A model generated the notes under the pieces. That model was not told where the DNA came from, searched no databases, and saw nothing but the letters and a program-made list of their open reading frames with translations. Source: Clostridium sp. CAG:302 (GTDB lineage Bacteria; Bacillota_I; Bacilli_A; RF39; UBA660). From it: a stretch of DNA of 64,000 bases. Location of the stretch: NCBI GenBank assembly GCA_000431795.1, contig FR887359.1, forward strand, positions 9,551 to 73,550. The letters run 5' to 3'. Of the stretch, positions 1-8,767 are shown piece after piece. The position numbers and the translations under genes were made by a program. Numbering within the stretch: position 1 is the first letter of the stretch; every line of letters begins with the position of its first letter.

Positions 1-569
1 TTTTAGACTTTGACAATGTTGATAGCACAAACTTGAATAGACAATATTTATATAATGATTGCGATATTTCCAAAAGCAAAGTAGATGTTGTTGAACAAAA
101 AATTAAATTAAAAAATCCATCGGCTATAGTAAAATCATATAATATGTTTGTAAAAAATTATGATGAAATAGAGAACATAATAAAAAAAGAGCATATTGAT
201 ATTGTTATATGTGCTGCTGATACACCTTTTCTTGATATAAGAATTTTCATATTGGAAGCCTGCATTTCTTGCAAAGTACCATGTATTTTTGGTGGTGTGA
301 GTATTTTAACAGGTCAATATGGGCCAACATTTTTAAATTCTAAAAAAATGAGTTTATATTTAAAGAAGTTAAATAAAATAAAGAAAGAAGTTAAATGCAA
401 TAATACTAATAAATCCTCTTTTGGGCCTACTAACACTATAATTTCTGCTTATATGTCTATTGATATTATAATGACCTTATTAAATATACGAAAAAGTATT
501 AATTCATTGAACAAAATTAAAACATTAAATTTTATTACAAGGAAGGATTATGAAGAAGAAAGATTTTGA
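1..569 (+). CDS. ThiF/MoeB/MccB-family (E1-like) adenylyltransferase, C-terminal part; 5' end lies outside the window
   Basis: The frame is open to the window edge. Translation from nt 3 reads LDFDNVDSTNLNRQ, the E1-like D-x-D-x-V-x-x-S/T-N-L-N-R-Q motif, then ICAADTPF and GPTNTIISAYMSIDIIM. The TTG at 33 in the ORF track is internal. Confidence 0.75.
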   Translation, partial: LDFDNVDSTNLNRQYLYNDCDISKSKVDVVEQKIKLKNPSAIVKSYNMFVKNYDEIENIIKKEHIDIVICAADTPFLDIRIFILEACISCKVPCIFGGVSILTGQYGPTFLNSKKMSLYLKKLNKIKKEVKCNNTNKSSFGPTNTIISAYMSIDIIMTLLNIRKSINSLNKIKTLNFITRKDYEEERF

Positions 570-2172
570 TCCAAATAATTATAATAAATTAAATAATTTA
601 AGAAAAAAAATAATTAAAGATACTTCTAGTTTTATTAATATGGACAATAAAAAAATTATAGAAATAGGTTCAGGAAATGGTAATTTTTCTAAACTATTAA
701 GTAAGAAATTCAATAGTTCTTATATATATGGTATAGATATAGTTTCACAATATATTGATTTTTCAAAAAAAAATAATAATAATTATAATATCCAATTTGA
801 AAAGAAAAATATATATGATGTTGATTCTACATATGATATAGCATTTATGATATTTTCTATGGCAGAGTTACTTAAGAATGATACGTTAGAAAATATATTA
901 AATAAGATTAAAGATAAAATATTATGTAATGGTTATCTTATACTTGTTGATGAGTTTTTTGATGATTATTCTGAAGAGTGTGATTTAATTGGAATAGAGG
1001 TTATGCAGAAATTAGGGTATAAGTACTCAAATTATGATGAGTTGAAAAACATTATAGATAATACTAATTTTGAAATTATATTTACAAAGGTATATGATAA
1101 TAAGCAAAAAATGACAAACATATTTGGCTCAAAACTGCAAATATTCTATGAAAATAAATTAAATGAATTTGATGATACTAAAAAATATGATTCTGAGCTA
1201 ATTTGGGAAACTATGAAAGATAAAATAATTAAAGCAGATGGTATGAGAACTTATAACAAATCAAGACTAATTATATTAAAAAAGACTAATAATATTATTG
1301 ATAAACTATGTACTCTTAAAAGTGATTTGTGTCTATATTATTCTTTATCCACTATTAAAGATAATATTAAATACTATAAAGATTTAAAAATAGATAATTT
1401 AGAATATGCTTTTCCAGTAAAAACATTTCCTAATGATAAAATATTAAATTTATTTTATATTAATAATTTTTACTTTGATGTATCTAATAAAAATGAAGAA
1501 AAACTAATAAGAAAGTATAAAACTTTAAACTTTTATTCAGATCCTACAATGAGTATAAGAAATAATAGTTATATCAGATTATATATTCATAATATAGGAT
1601 CGCATTTTGGAATGAGTTATGATGGTAAATCATATGAAATATATCACATACATATTTCATTAAATAAAGATAGAAAAATTCAGAAAAAGATGCTTGAAGT
1701 AATAGCCTCTCTTAATTATAATAAGACAAAATATCTAGATATCGGTGGAAGTTATGATAATTTAAGTTATTTGGAATTTAATTTATTTTTGAGTAAAATA
1801 AGAAATGTAGTACCAAAAAAAGTTAAGATCTTAATTGAGGCTGGCAGTATGTGGTTTAAAGATAGTGGCTTTTTAGTATGCAAAGTTAAAAGTATTAATA
1901 GTATTGGAAAAATTAAATTTGCTTATGTTAATGCCTCCAGAGAACTACATACAAAATGGTCTATTCCAAAATATATTAATATTAATTATGGCGATAATGA
2001 TTACATAATATGTGGTGCAACCTGTTATGAAAAAGATTTGTTCTTTCATGCATATAACACTAGTATTAAGTATGATGATACAATTTATTTCAGTAATATA
2101 GAACCATATTCTTATTCTTTTAATACTGATTTTAACGGTATCAATAAAGCGGAAGTGATTATAGATGAATAA
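550..2172 (+). CDS. Fusion protein: N-terminal class I SAM-dependent methyltransferase-fold domain plus C-terminal PLP-dependent Orn/DAP/Arg-type decarboxylase domain
   Basis: The N-terminus has IIEIGSGNGNFS (SAM motif I) and ILVDEF. The C-terminal half has YAFPVKTFPN (PLP-lysine context like AxKAN), HNIGSHFG, LDIGGSY, EAGSMWF and CGATCYEKD. The start overlaps the upstream stop. Confidence 0.65.
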   Translation: MKKKDFDPNNYNKLNNLRKKIIKDTSSFINMDNKKIIEIGSGNGNFSKLLSKKFNSSYIYGIDIVSQYIDFSKKNNNNYNIQFEKKNIYDVDSTYDIAFMIFSMAELLKNDTLENILNKIKDKILCNGYLILVDEFFDDYSEECDLIGIEVMQKLGYKYSNYDELKNIIDNTNFEIIFTKVYDNKQKMTNIFGSKLQIFYENKLNEFDDTKKYDSELIWETMKDKIIKADGMRTYNKSRLIILKKTNNIIDKLCTLKSDLCLYYSLSTIKDNIKYYKDLKIDNLEYAFPVKTFPNDKILNLFYINNFYFDVSNKNEEKLIRKYKTLNFYSDPTMSIRNNSYIRLYIHNIGSHFGMSYDGKSYEIYHIHISLNKDRKIQKKMLEVIASLNYNKTKYLDIGGSYDNLSYLEFNLFLSKIRNVVPKKVKILIEAGSMWFKDSGFLVCKVKSINSIGKIKFAYVNASRELHTKWSIPKYININYGDNDYIICGATCYEKDLFFHAYNTSIKYDDTIYFSNIEPYSYSFNTDFNGINKAEVIIDE

Positions 2173-3265
2173 AAAAGAAAAAGTTTTTTTTGAAAAGTTA
2201 TTTTGTATGAGCATTCATTCAAAGGCAGAAATAAATTCTTTACTTAGGGTTAAGTATAGAATTGATCTACCATTAACTAATAAGAATAATGACTTTTTTA
2301 TTAAAGAAAATTATACTTTTAATTATAATTATCAAAGATTCGATTCACAATTAAATTATAATGATTATGTAAGTAATTTTTATAATATAAATGATATTCA
2401 TTCAAAGACAATATTTACTAATTGTGGTATGTCAAGTATCTTTTGTGTTTTATATGCCATAAGTAGAATTGGTAATTATAAAGTCGTTTATGAAAAAGAT
2501 ACATATTTTGAAACTCAAAAAATAATCAAATCTTTAAATTTGAATCATGGTAAGAAAATTATATACTATGACACTATCAGTGATAATTTTAATTTTGATA
2601 GCAATGTAAATAACAAAATAATAATAATCGATACAACTTGTTATCATTCATACGATTTTAAAGAATTTATTACAAAATTATTAAATAACAATAATTTTGT
2701 AATAGCGGTTAGAAGTCATGTGAAACTAGATATGCTTGGTTTAGAATATGCCTTTTTAGGTTCTACAACTTTCTTTCTTTCTGATAAAACTAATAAAACA
2801 CAACTTAATAATTATAAGAAAATTATATATAATACAATTAATATTGGCGGTAATATTGGTGTAATTGCTTCTGAAAAATGCATATTTCCATTATTAAATA
2901 ATATTGATTTTATAAAGCTAAATGATTATAGAATTAGAAGAATAAAATTTAATAATAAATATTTTTATGAAAAAAATAATGAAAATAAATGTTTAACATT
3001 GCATAATCATAATTTATTTTTAACACTAATTACTAATACAAATAATATTCAAGAATTGATAGATATTGTTAAAAGTATTGCAATTAATTCAAAAGGATTA
3101 TGTTATTACTCCTCTTCATTTGGTTTTGATTATATAGCTTTGGATACTTATTTCGACTTTTGTAGTAAAAAAAATACAATTAGAATTTCTATAGGTGATG
3201 TTAGTAAAAAAGTGTTAAATGATTTTATTGATTATTTTAAGGAAAATTTAAATGGTAAAATTTAG
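2165..3265 (+). CDS. PLP-dependent enzyme resembling the Cys/Met-metabolism family (cystathionine gamma-synthase/beta-lyase-like)
   Basis: Motifs are FTNCGMSSIF (SGMAAI-like), IIIIDTT and VRSHVKLDMLG (S-x-x-K Schiff-base context). It overlaps the upstream gene by 8 nt. Confidence 0.45.
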   Translation: MNKKEKVFFEKLFCMSIHSKAEINSLLRVKYRIDLPLTNKNNDFFIKENYTFNYNYQRFDSQLNYNDYVSNFYNINDIHSKTIFTNCGMSSIFCVLYAISRIGNYKVVYEKDTYFETQKIIKSLNLNHGKKIIYYDTISDNFNFDSNVNNKIIIIDTTCYHSYDFKEFITKLLNNNNFVIAVRSHVKLDMLGLEYAFLGSTTFFLSDKTNKTQLNNYKKIIYNTINIGGNIGVIASEKCIFPLLNNIDFIKLNDYRIRRIKFNNKYFYEKNNENKCLTLHNHNLFLTLITNTNNIQELIDIVKSIAINSKGLCYYSSSFGFDYIALDTYFDFCSKKNTIRISIGDVSKKVLNDFIDYFKENLNGKI

Positions 3266-4466
3266 TATTGATTACATTAATTCGGCTAGTTTCTTTAAAA
3301 AACTAGATTATTCTAATAAAATTATTTTAAGCTCTACTGCAGATACACTTTTTATATATGATAGAGAAAAAAATAAATATATTTTAAATGCTTGTGAATC
3401 GTTTAAGGTATATAATAATAAATATTTATTTAATTTGAGAAAAGATATCTATTATTATGATGGCACAAGAGTGACTGCTCATGATTATGTAAAAGCAATA
3501 ATAGAACAGCAACAACTGATACCAGAATTCTTTATAAATGTTTTATCAATAAACAGTACAGATACTACAATTTTTATAGTTCTTAAGAAAAAAGATAAAA
3601 AATTTATAAATAAATTGTCTTTTTACTTATTTTCTCCACATTCTAAAAAAACTTGTGGAAGATATTATATTAGTGAAATTTCAAATAAAAAAATTGTATT
3701 ATTACCAAATGAATTTTATAGAGATAGAGCTGTAGATAAATTGGAATTTATTTTATGTGAAAACATAATAGAGGATAACATGTATTTTAGTAAAAGAATA
3801 ACTGATATAAATAATAATACATTTTTAAAGTTAAATAACACTAATTTTAAAAATGAAAAAAGTGGTATAATTTTTAGCATTGAAGTTAGTACAAAATTTT
3901 CTATAAATGAAAGAAATCATATTATAAATAGTATTGATAAAAATCAAATCATTAATCAATTAGGAAATTCATATTTCGTGAAAAATGATTTTTTCTTTGA
4001 TGAAATATCAAAATATAAGTATCACAATGTAAAAAAATTAAAAAAAAAGAAGGAATTAAGATTCTTTTACAATAAATACTATCCTAACTATGAAATTTCT
4101 TTGCTTATAAAAAAAGAATTGGAAAAGAAAAATTATGATGTTAAGTTATTTGAAATAGATTATAATGATTTTAAAAAACTTACTGACTTTGATTTGAAAT
4201 TGGTTTTAAACTATTTTGAATATATTGACAATTTGTATTTTTATAATAGCAATTACTTTAAATATGTTATGAATAAAAATCATAAATACAATTTTTTGTT
4301 GAATAAAAAAATTTTACTTAAAACTATCAATTTTTTATTTAAAAAGAAATGGATTAAAGAGCCACTAATCTCATTTTATAGTAGCTATAATTCAAATGAA
4401 TATACTAAATATTTTTCGTATTTAGAATGCAATTATAATAAGATTAAAGATAAAAATAAAAATTAA
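3252..4466 (+). CDS. Family-5 solute-binding-protein-like protein without a signal peptide or lipobox
   Basis: FNLRKDIYYYDGTRVTAHDYVKAI matches the SBP family 5 (OppA/DppA) signature region. There is no N-terminal hydrophobic segment. It overlaps the upstream gene by 14 nt. Confidence 0.5.
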   Translation: MVKFSIDYINSASFFKKLDYSNKIILSSTADTLFIYDREKNKYILNACESFKVYNNKYLFNLRKDIYYYDGTRVTAHDYVKAIIEQQQLIPEFFINVLSINSTDTTIFIVLKKKDKKFINKLSFYLFSPHSKKTCGRYYISEISNKKIVLLPNEFYRDRAVDKLEFILCENIIEDNMYFSKRITDINNNTFLKLNNTNFKNEKSGIIFSIEVSTKFSINERNHIINSIDKNQIINQLGNSYFVKNDFFFDEISKYKYHNVKKLKKKKELRFFYNKYYPNYEISLLIKKELEKKNYDVKLFEIDYNDFKKLTDFDLKLVLNYFEYIDNLYFYNSNYFKYVMNKNHKYNFLLNKKILLKTINFLFKKKWIKEPLISFYSSYNSNEYTKYFSYLECNYNKIKDKNKN

Positions 4467-4786
4467 ATTGTATAATCATATGTTGTGGCCCAAAAACTGC
4501 ATCATATAATGAAAAAAATTGATACAAAACTATTTAGTTTTTGAATCGCTATTTTGCCAAACCTATATAACTATTTACACAAAATATGAGGCTTCAAAAA
4601 GACTTATTTATGATACCTCGTATATGATATTTGAAATAAAGAAAATGATTGAAACAAAAAAATTAGTTGAATTTTTGCTCCTTTAGTCGCTCTGTATAAA
4701 AAAATCATAAATAGTAGCATTTTTTCTATTGTAAAAAAGTAAAAACTTTTGTATACTTATTATAGATAAAATAAGGAGTTGGTCTT

Positions 4787-6586
4787 ATGTATACTGGTAT
4801 TTTCTTTTCAATAGAAGCACTTTTCTACTTAGGATTATTGTTATTAGTTTATTTTAAGAAAAAAGTATTTAAAAGTAGAGAAAATAAAATTTATTCAATT
4901 TTAGTTATTGTAACATTTATAGAACTTTTAACTGAAATAATTTTGGATATTGTTGGCCCATTATATCAAGCAATACCAAAAATTAGCTATTCAGTAGCAA
5001 AAATATATTGTATATTTATTATATTATGGAATTGTTTACTTTGTACCTATGTTTTTCTAGTAGCCCTAAAAATGAAAAACAAAGAACGTTATTCTAGTAG
5101 TACAAAAACATTACTAATAAGTTTTGGAATAGCTTTATCTCTTGCTTCTGCATTACTTCCAATTAATTTCTACTATTCCGGAAAAATAGCATATACATAT
5201 GGTCCAAGCGTTAATGTAGTATATATATCCGCTATTGTATATTCTTTGATAGGAGTATTTTGCTTACTTTGGAATGCTAAAGAATGGAAAGATAAAAGAT
5301 TTATACCAGTAATTATTCTTGTTACTCTAGGTAGTCTTTGCTCATACATTCAATATATGAATCCTGGTTTATTACTTGCAACAGCGGTTCATTCCTTTAT
5401 AACATTCATAATGTACTTTACCATTGAAAACCCTGATGTAAAAATGATTGAGGAATATCATAAAGCCAAAGAAATTGCCGATAACGCTAATGAAGATAAA
5501 ACAATGTTTTTATATAATATGACTAACGATATAAGAGCAATTACTAAAGATATAAATAATGATGCCAATAATGCTATACTTGAATTAGATAGTAAAAAAA
5601 TAGACAAAGACTATATGAGTGAATGCTTAAGAGGTATCAAAGAAAATACCGCTAGATTTACAACAATGACTAATGAAATATTAGATGTATCTAGTATAGA
5701 TAATGCAAATATCAAAGTATATGATGAGAAGTATAGTATAAAACTATTATTAAGAAGATTAGTAACACTATATAATGATAAATGCAAAGAAAAGAATTTA
5801 ACTTTCAGAAGTGATATTGATAGTACTTTACCAGAGTATCTATATGGTGATAGTCTCGGACTTAAAAATGTACTAACTAGTATTCTAGATAATAGTGTTA
5901 AATATACAAGTAATGGTTATGTAGAGTTAAATGTAAGTACCATTATAAAAAATAATATAGTAAGACTAATAATAACCATAGAGGATTCCGGTATTGGTAT
6001 ATCTCCTGATAAATTAGATACCATCTTTTATAAAAATAGGGAAGAAATAGATGGAAGTAATATTAAGAATAATTTATATACTGCTAAAAAACTAATTACT
6101 TTAATGGGAGGTACTATAATTGCCAGTAGTAATTATAATGAAGGTACTACAATGAAAATAGTTCTAGACCAGAAACTAGGAGAACAATATGATGAAAAAC
6201 TAAATAAGTATGAAAATACCTATGATAAAAAAAGAATCCTACTTGTAGATGATAATATTTCTACTAATAAGATAATAAGTAAATTACTTAAAGATACCAA
6301 TATAGAATTAGATTATGTAGGTTTAGGTAAAGAAGCCCTAGATAAAATTAGAAGTAAAGAAAAATATGACTTAATTCTATTAGATGAAGTAATGGATCCA
6401 CTAGATGGAAAGACAGTTATGAAAAAATTTAAAGATATCAGAGATTTCAATACCAAAGTCATATTACTAACTAGAAATAACGAATACGAATATAACGAAG
6501 AATACCTAAAGTATGGCTTTGCTGGTTATCTCTTAAAACCAATAAATAAAGATAAATTATTAGAAATAATAGATAAGTACCTATAA
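4787..6586 (+). CDS. Hybrid sensor histidine-kinase-like protein: multi-pass membrane N-terminus, DHp-like region, HATPase domain and C-terminal receiver domain
   Basis: About 6 hydrophobic helices sit in the first 210 aa. The H-box-like segment is FLYNMTNDIRAI, the N box is ILDNSVKYT and the G1 box is IEDSGIGIS. The receiver domain has LLVDDN, LILLDEVMDPLDG and YLLKPI. An RBS AAGGAG lies upstream. Confidence 0.8.
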   Translation: MYTGIFFSIEALFYLGLLLLVYFKKKVFKSRENKIYSILVIVTFIELLTEIILDIVGPLYQAIPKISYSVAKIYCIFIILWNCLLCTYVFLVALKMKNKERYSSSTKTLLISFGIALSLASALLPINFYYSGKIAYTYGPSVNVVYISAIVYSLIGVFCLLWNAKEWKDKRFIPVIILVTLGSLCSYIQYMNPGLLLATAVHSFITFIMYFTIENPDVKMIEEYHKAKEIADNANEDKTMFLYNMTNDIRAITKDINNDANNAILELDSKKIDKDYMSECLRGIKENTARFTTMTNEILDVSSIDNANIKVYDEKYSIKLLLRRLVTLYNDKCKEKNLTFRSDIDSTLPEYLYGDSLGLKNVLTSILDNSVKYTSNGYVELNVSTIIKNNIVRLIITIEDSGIGISPDKLDTIFYKNREEIDGSNIKNNLYTAKKLITLMGGTIIASSNYNEGTTMKIVLDQKLGEQYDEKLNKYENTYDKKRILLVDDNISTNKIISKLLKDTNIELDYVGLGKEALDKIRSKEKYDLILLDEVMDPLDGKTVMKKFKDIRDFNTKVILLTRNNEYEYNEEYLKYGFAGYLLKPINKDKLLEIIDKYL

Positions 6587-6699
6587 ACCATGGTACTTAT
6601 CTTTACATAATAATTGGTAAAATTTTTCTACCATATTTTTTTGACATTATTACATATTTGTGGTAGAATTATAACTAGTTAAAAAGAACTTCTTTTTAA

Positions 6700-6728
6700 T
6701 TGACAAATAATATTTTTTTTGAGATAAT
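6700..6728 (+). promoter_or_regulatory. Sigma-A-type promoter for gpsB (TTGACA, 17 nt, GATAAT with TG extension)
   Basis: TTGACA lies at 6700-6705 and TGAGATAAT ends at 6728. A second similar promoter lies upstream (TTGACA 6641-6646, TGGTAGAAT ending at 6669). Confidence 0.55.
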
Positions 6729-6749
6729 TTTATTATAGAGGTGGTTTAA

Positions 6750-7073
6750 ATGAATGATAGAATTACTTTAACTATGCAAGATATTTTAGAGAAGGAATTC
6801 AAAATAGATGCCAGAGGATATAGACCGCAAGAAGTAGATAAATTTTTAGATATTATTATTAAAGATTATAATGAATATAATAATATTATAAGAAACCTAG
6901 AAAAAGAAAAAAGAGCTCTAGCTCTTGAAAACCAAAATCTAAAAAATGAAGCAAGAAATTTAAGATCAAGTATTGAAGCTGCTAGAATTGGCGAAAAAGA
7001 AATAACAAATGTTGATTTATTAAGAAGAATATCTCAGTTAGAGAAGATAATTTTAGGAAAATCAGAACAATAA
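6750..7073 (+). CDS. gpsB: Cell-cycle protein GpsB (DivIVA-domain protein)
   Basis: The N-terminus LTMQDILEKEFKIDARGYRPQEVDKFLDIIIKDYNEY is the GpsB/DivIVA lipid-binding domain signature. The C-terminus is coiled-coil, and the gene is adjacent to rnpB as in Bacillus. Confidence 0.85.
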   Translation: MNDRITLTMQDILEKEFKIDARGYRPQEVDKFLDIIIKDYNEYNNIIRNLEKEKRALALENQNLKNEARNLRSSIEAARIGEKEITNVDLLRRISQLEKIILGKSEQ

Positions 7074-7424
7074 TTTATCTGGGTAAATGCTGCATATAAT
7101 TATGTAGAGGAAAGTCCATGCTCGCACTATCTGTGATGATAGTAGTGTTTGTGCTTAGGGAAAAAATAACCTAAGGCAGGTAACTGACGGCGTTCGTTTT
7201 ATCTAAGGGAAACTATGATAAAATGGATATAAAGTGCCACAGAAACGAGTCTATGAAGAAATTCGTAGAATGAAACGAGGTAAACCCCGCAAGCGAGAAA
7301 CCCAAAATATGGTAGGGGAATCTTCCGAGGAAAATAAGAATCCAAAGAAGAATGACATTATGTCATAGATAAATATTTACCGCCTAGCAATAGGTACAGA
7401 ACATGGCTTATAAGATTTATTATT
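7069..7424 (+). ncRNA. rnpB: RNase P RNA, type B (Firmicute type)
   Basis: Universal blocks are GAGGAAAGTCCATGCTCGCAC, AAAGTGCCACAGAAACG, GGTAAACCCCGCAAGCGAGAAACCCAAA, GGTAGGGGAA and ACAGAACATGGCTTA. P1 pairs 7069-7080 with 7413-7424. The ends are good to about 10 nt. Confidence 0.93.
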
Positions 7425-7437
7425 ATTAAGGAGAAGT

Positions 7438-7911
7438 ATGAAAAACATTGGACTGAAATTAAAAGAAAAAAGAATACAAAATGGTTTGTCTATTGATGAA
7501 GTAGCAGAGGACTTAAAACTAAGACCTTCACAAATAGAAAGTATTGAAGAAGGAAGAAAAGATGACTTCAAAGACATATTCTACCTAAAGTATTTTATTA
7601 GAGACTATGCCAAATATTTGGGTTTAGATAGTGATAAAATGTTAGATGAATTTAATGAATACTTGTTTGACGAAACATCAAAGATACCAGTAGATATGAT
7701 AAAAGAGGCTAAAAAAGAAAAAAATGAAGTAGTCTCAAATGAAAAAGTATCACCATATACAAAAAGCTCTAAGAAAAAACTAGGAGTACCAAAGATAATA
7801 ATTGGCCTAATAGCCCTAGTGGTTCTAATTATAGTAGGATACATTTTAGTAAGTAACTATAAAGGCAATGACTTTAGTGATAAAAACATTACATATAGTA
7901 TAAGGAGATAA
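7438..7911 (+). CDS. rodZ: RodZ-like cytoskeleton protein (N-terminal XRE-type HTH plus one TM helix)
   Basis: It has IGLKLKEKRIQNGLSIDEVAEDLKLRPSQIESIEEG and a single TM (IIIGLIALVVLIIVGYILV). It sits directly upstream of pgsA as ymfM/rodZ does in Bacillus. Confidence 0.7.
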   Translation: MKNIGLKLKEKRIQNGLSIDEVAEDLKLRPSQIESIEEGRKDDFKDIFYLKYFIRDYAKYLGLDSDKMLDEFNEYLFDETSKIPVDMIKEAKKEKNEVVSNEKVSPYTKSSKKKLGVPKIIIGLIALVVLIIVGYILVSNYKGNDFSDKNITYSIRR

Positions 7912-7912
7912 A

Positions 7913-8506
7913 ATGAATAAAGCAAATAAAATAACAATGAGTAGAATTATAATGTCATTGATAATTATAACAATAATGCTATTTCCTTTTGACCAAGTTG
8001 GTTTAGAATTTCCAACATATATACTAAAAGGAAATATTGTTATAGACTTAAAATATATACTAGTAGGAGTACTATTTGTAATAGCCTCATTTACTGATTT
8101 CTTAGATGGACATGTGGCTAGAAAATATAATATGGTAACTGACTTTGGTAAGATGATAGATGCTATTAGTGACAAATTACTTACTAATTCAGTATTAATA
8201 ATTCTTGCTTGTAATGGTAAGGTATCCACTATAATAGCAGTAGTAATAGTTATGCGTGATATCATAGTAGATTCTATAAAAATGGTAGTGGGTAACAAAG
8301 GAACTGCTGTAGCGGCTATTGGAATTGCCAAAGTAAAGACAGCAACATTGATGGTAGGTATAGTTTTAACACTATTCTATAATTTACCATTTGAATTAAT
8401 ACCACTTAGGGTATCAGACTTCCTATTAGCAGTAGCGGCTATACTATCTGTAATATCAGGAATAAAATATTATATAATGGCTAAACCATATTTAAAAGAT
8501 AGATAA
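7913..8506 (+). CDS. pgsA: CDP-diacylglycerol--glycerol-3-phosphate 3-phosphatidyltransferase
   Basis: The CDP-alcohol phosphatidyltransferase motif DFLDGHVARKYNMVTDFGKMIDAISDK is present in a multi-TM protein. Confidence 0.9.
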   Translation: MNKANKITMSRIIMSLIIITIMLFPFDQVGLEFPTYILKGNIVIDLKYILVGVLFVIASFTDFLDGHVARKYNMVTDFGKMIDAISDKLLTNSVLIILACNGKVSTIIAVVIVMRDIIVDSIKMVVGNKGTAVAAIGIAKVKTATLMVGIVLTLFYNLPFELIPLRVSDFLLAVAAILSVISGIKYYIMAKPYLKDR

Positions 8507-8532
8507 TACTTAGGTATTATTTATTTTTTTGC

Positions 8533-8593
8533 TCACTTCCAGCCTAAGGTCTTTCAGTGCTATTTTTAGTCTTTATTAAAAGTCTAAAAATAG
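8533..8593 (+). repeat. Tandem-hairpin intergenic repeat, copy 1 (partly degenerate first stem)
   Basis: The loop motif AGCCTAAGGTCT lies at 8541-8552. The second hairpin pairs CTATTTTTAG (8560-8569) with CTAAAAATAG (8584-8593). It starts 27 nt after the pgsA stop. Confidence 0.7.
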
Positions 8594-8677
8594 TATGCCA
8601 GTGCATCTATTATATATAAGCCACAAATAGATATTTATATGTTAATTGGTATTGTTTTTAAAAAAACACAAAAAACA

Positions 8678-8690
8678 CGAACAAATGTAC
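8678..8690 (+). promoter_or_regulatory. Candidate LexA (Cheo/SOS) box upstream of recA
   Basis: CGAACAAATGTAC compares with the Firmicute consensus CGAAC-N4-GTTCG, with one mismatch in the right arm. It sits just upstream of the -35 element. Confidence 0.5.
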
Positions 8691-8699
8691 TAAAATGTA

Positions 8700-8728
8700 T
8701 TGACAACCAAAAAAATATATTATATAAT
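8700..8728 (+). promoter_or_regulatory. recA promoter (TTGACA, 17 nt, TATAAT)
   Basis: A perfect -35 lies at 8700-8705 and a perfect -10 at 8723-8728, 40 nt upstream of the recA ATG. Confidence 0.7.
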
Positions 8729-8767
8729 TGTTTTGTAATTAAGGAAAGTGTAGGAAAGAGAGGAATT

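Noticed and set aside
6641-6700. A second promoter-like element (TTGACA…TGGTAGAAT) followed about 10 nt later by a short AAAAAGAA/TTCTTTTT hairpin, upstream of the gpsB promoter.
   Set aside because: It could be a chance match in A+T-rich DNA or a tandem promoter. The interval is too short to encode anything, and there is no evidence for a distinct product.
8639-8767. An N-terminal extension of recA in the ORF track. Similar extended starts occur at 12450, 15160, 28983, 45256, 45924, 47688, 48647 and 57045.
   Set aside because: The extensions run through promoters or repeats, or they lack an RBS. Internal ATGs with good RBS spacing give canonical N-termini.
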